DNA from: Xylographa opegraphella
Taxonomy: Eukaryota
Direction of reading: 5' to 3'
DNA length: 64,000 nt
Assembly: GCA_022813865.1 (NCBI GenBank)
Contig: JALDZX010000037.1
Coordinates: 124,001 to 188,000, forward strand
The position numbers and the translations under genes are program-made. Positions within the stretch are counted from its first letter, which is position 1; the number at the start of each line of letters is the position of its first letter. Shown here one piece after another: positions 61,537 to 64,000 of the stretch. Below the pieces are notes generated by a model. That model ran no database searches, had not been told where the DNA came from, and saw nothing but the letters and a program-made list of their open reading frames with translations.

Positions 61537-64000
61537 TTAGTCTTCTACTGAATGGTGATCAGTGCTGGTGAAGACGTGACTATCTGTAAACGAGCAGCCG
61601 TGCATGTCGTGCGGCAGCAAGTTCTCTTTGTGGTTGATCGTTTGTACAAAAGATTCCGAACTAAGTTCACAGTTCTCTTGTTCGCTTGCATTTTGATCCC
61701 GTACCACCACTTCGTCATTGTGCCCATGAACATCAAGATCTTCAAGAGGATGGCGCATCGAGTAGCCCAATGTCGTATTATCGGTAGAAAGTCTTTTCAG
61801 TGGTATTGTCGGAGCCTTGAACTTGGGCTGAGCACTCGCCCACTTCGCCGCCGACCTGTTCTTCTTGCTCGAGGTGCTAGATCCAAGCGATGATGGCTGC
61901 GGTGAAACTTGAATGTCTTCCTCGCTCGTTGTCGAGAAGGAAGTGGTCGCTGGTGGACCCGAACGTCTTCCCATTAACGCCATCAGCTTGCCGCTAAGAT
62001 CTTGGGCTTGCGCGAATTCTTTGGCTCGCACTGCACGCTCTGTTTGCAGGGTCTCTAGTTTGCCTAAGAGCTCGCCGATATGCCCATCGTGCATCTCCGT
62101 CAGTCTTGCGGTTTCGCGTAGAGTCGTGGCGAGCTCGTTCCGAAGAGCCGTGACTGCGCGTTCATGTTCAAACCGTTGCTGCAAAATCACTGCATCACTG
62201 GTGGCAAGCTCATGCACGTGCTTCTTCTCCAGCTCCGATATGACTTGATTGAAGTCTTCATCCCTCTGCTTCTCCCTCAAAGTGAGAGCTTCGACCTCAG
62301 ATCGCATTTCACTTAGCTGGCATTTTAGTTTCTCCGTTTCGACGGCATTTTTCTTCAGCGCGTCGATTTGATGGTTGGATTCCAAAGTAAAGCTCGCAAC
62401 AGAATTTTCCAGCTCTGTAATCTTAGCTTCACGTTCTTTGACCGTTTCATACATCTCAGCAACTTTGACAGAAACGGCTTCGTATTCACACTCTGCACTT
62501 CGCAGTTCCGCCTCGACCACTGCTACCTTCGACTCTAAGGCTCCAACCCTCCGCGCTTCTAACTCAACCAACTCATCCTTGGCAGTCATTGCAGCACAAT
62601 GACTTAGCTCTTGTTGTCTCAGCAGTTCTTTTGCTATAATCGAGGCATCTTCTGCTTCTTGATTGGTAAGTTTCAATTTTAAACGCAATTGATCTAAGGC
62701 TTCCGAGAGTCCTTGAGCGCTTGACTCGGCCGTAAGGTTTTGATTGACTAGCTGAACCCGTTCCATTTGAAGGCTCTCAAGCACAAGCCTGTTCTCTCGA
62801 GCCTCGCCTTCAAGTTTTGCACAACTTGTCTGGCAGATCTGCAACTCATGCGCCAAACTTTTCGACCGCTCTTGCTCTTCCTTCAGAGGATTTTCTGTGT
62901 TGTTACACCGCAATTCAAGATCCCTGCATACCTCGTTCACTCTCCGTACCACAAACTCATGACGACATGCGGCGTCTGCGTCAAGGTCCTCTTTGAGGGC
63001 TGCTCTCCAATCCTGACTACAGTTCCAGGCACTGGAATCAGGTGATTTCCTAGAAGAGACGAGCACAACTGGCTTGAACGTTGCCGATGTCAGAGGGAAT
63101 GAATCACACGATTTATTCATCCCAGATGCGTAAGTTGCGCTTTCCAATAGAGAGGTCGCTAGGAGGGGATCAATAGCTAGGGGTTTCGGGGTTGTAAACA
63201 AAGCGGACTTTAGTAGCAACACGCAGATGTCACGGCCCAAAAGCCATCGAACCTCAGTAATATGCGCCGTACACGCCTCTTGTCTCCCATGCTTTGTAAT
63301 GTTCTCCGCTTGAGTTAGAGTACACAAGAGAAGCCTCGAAATCAAATTCCGAATACCATGCGACGATATGATGCCCAGCAGAGTTTGTCCCATAGTCGAA
63401 TCTATTGTGACCAATTTTACCAGATTTCCAACAAACAGTCTCATGTCATTTAATTCGACGAGATAGTCCATACTTAATTGGTTAATTTCGGCGGCAGCTC
63501 GTAGCGCTCTGGAGATCTGTGATTCCATAAACGCCTTGCTGAAGTTGACTGCATATCCTTTCCAGATTTGATTTGCATCATAACTCAAGGGTAATTGCTG
63601 GAGAAGTCCTTCTAACGTAGCTATGAGATCATCTGGTAAAGTCTCAGCCTCGGAAAGGGCAGCGATGACCTCGAAAGCCAAAAGTCGCACTGTGCAATCT
63701 ATGTCTGAATTTCGCACTTTTTCTTGAAGTTTTCGGACTTTAAGTATGTTCTTTTGCACCCAGTTGCGTCTTTCGATGGAATCGATAGTGTCGAGGATTT
63801 CGCGAGCTAGCCTGAGACCACTGCTAGCGTCTGAGGGAGTGACACTGCTTGAACACAGCATGATGGACCTCAAAACAACAAGTTCCAGCGTTTTTTGAGC
63901 TTTCAAAGCGAAAAAAAGACGTGCAGCACAGCAGAAATCTGGCAATGGTCCTTCGGTATTTGCTTTGAGCGCTTGAGATCCCGGCAAGGACGGGTGTTCC
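61537..64000 (-). CDS. Large hypothetical protein with long coiled-coil region, 5' truncated by window
   Basis: >816-aa ORF. Helical N-part, WRxxL..DL..DA...VNEVCRDLELRCNNTENPL motif, heptad-rich segment and disordered tail. Confidence 0.8.
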   Translation of the reverse strand, partial: EHPSLPGSQALKANTEGPLPDFCCAARLFFALKAQKTLELVVLRSIMLCSSSVTPSDASSGLRLAREILDTIDSIERRNWVQKNILKVRKLQEKVRNSDIDCTVRLLAFEVIAALSEAETLPDDLIATLEGLLQQLPLSYDANQIWKGYAVNFSKAFMESQISRALRAAAEINQLSMDYLVELNDMRLFVGNLVKLVTIDSTMGQTLLGIISSHGIRNLISRLLLCTLTQAENITKHGRQEACTAHITEVRWLLGRDICVLLLKSALFTTPKPLAIDPLLATSLLESATYASGMNKSCDSFPLTSATFKPVVLVSSRKSPDSSAWNCSQDWRAALKEDLDADAACRHEFVVRRVNEVCRDLELRCNNTENPLKEEQERSKSLAHELQICQTSCAKLEGEARENRLVLESLQMERVQLVNQNLTAESSAQGLSEALDQLRLKLKLTNQEAEDASIIAKELLRQQELSHCAAMTAKDELVELEARRVGALESKVAVVEAELRSAECEYEAVSVKVAEMYETVKEREAKITELENSVASFTLESNHQIDALKKNAVETEKLKCQLSEMRSEVEALTLREKQRDEDFNQVISELEKKHVHELATSDAVILQQRFEHERAVTALRNELATTLRETARLTEMHDGHIGELLGKLETLQTERAVRAKEFAQAQDLSGKLMALMGRRSGPPATTSFSTTSEEDIQVSPQPSSLGSSTSSKKNRSAAKWASAQPKFKAPTIPLKRLSTDNTTLGYSMRHPLEDLDVHGHNDEVVVRDQNASEQENCELSSESFVQTINHKENLLPHDMHGCSFTDSHVFTSTDHHSVED

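Overview
Eukaryotic genomic DNA from a filamentous ascomycete (Pezizomycotina-type): short GT-AG introns with CTRAC/CTAAC branch sites and typical fungal gene families. About 22 loci can be supported. Recognisable genes are an MFS transporter end, porphobilinogen deaminase (HEM3), an amino acid permease, GPI2/PIG-C, a non-core AspE-type septin, a Vps62/DUF946 protein, an ANXC4-type annexin, a GPI-anchored Ser/Thr-rich wall protein, DOPA 4,5-dioxygenase, a DHA1 MFS transporter, a TOK-type K+ channel, pantothenate kinase, RPL37, ELP6 and a SAD-1-like RdRP. Four observations stand out. (1) A local family of orphan proteins: two tandem paralogues (17018-18454, 19023-21378) share both an N-terminal 'FWT.D..GTR.IVK' module and a C-terminal ~100-aa module, and a third gene (7934-10670) carries a more diverged copy of the C-terminal module. 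(2) A diverged 168-bp tandem duplication whose units keep inverted ends. (3) Recurrent palindromic AGGTACCT/ACCTTAAGGT clusters in 5' intergenic regions. (4) A heavily disrupted F-box pseudogene. No tRNA, rRNA, CRISPR array or transposase was recognised. Exon boundaries were inferred by eye and no database searches were run.
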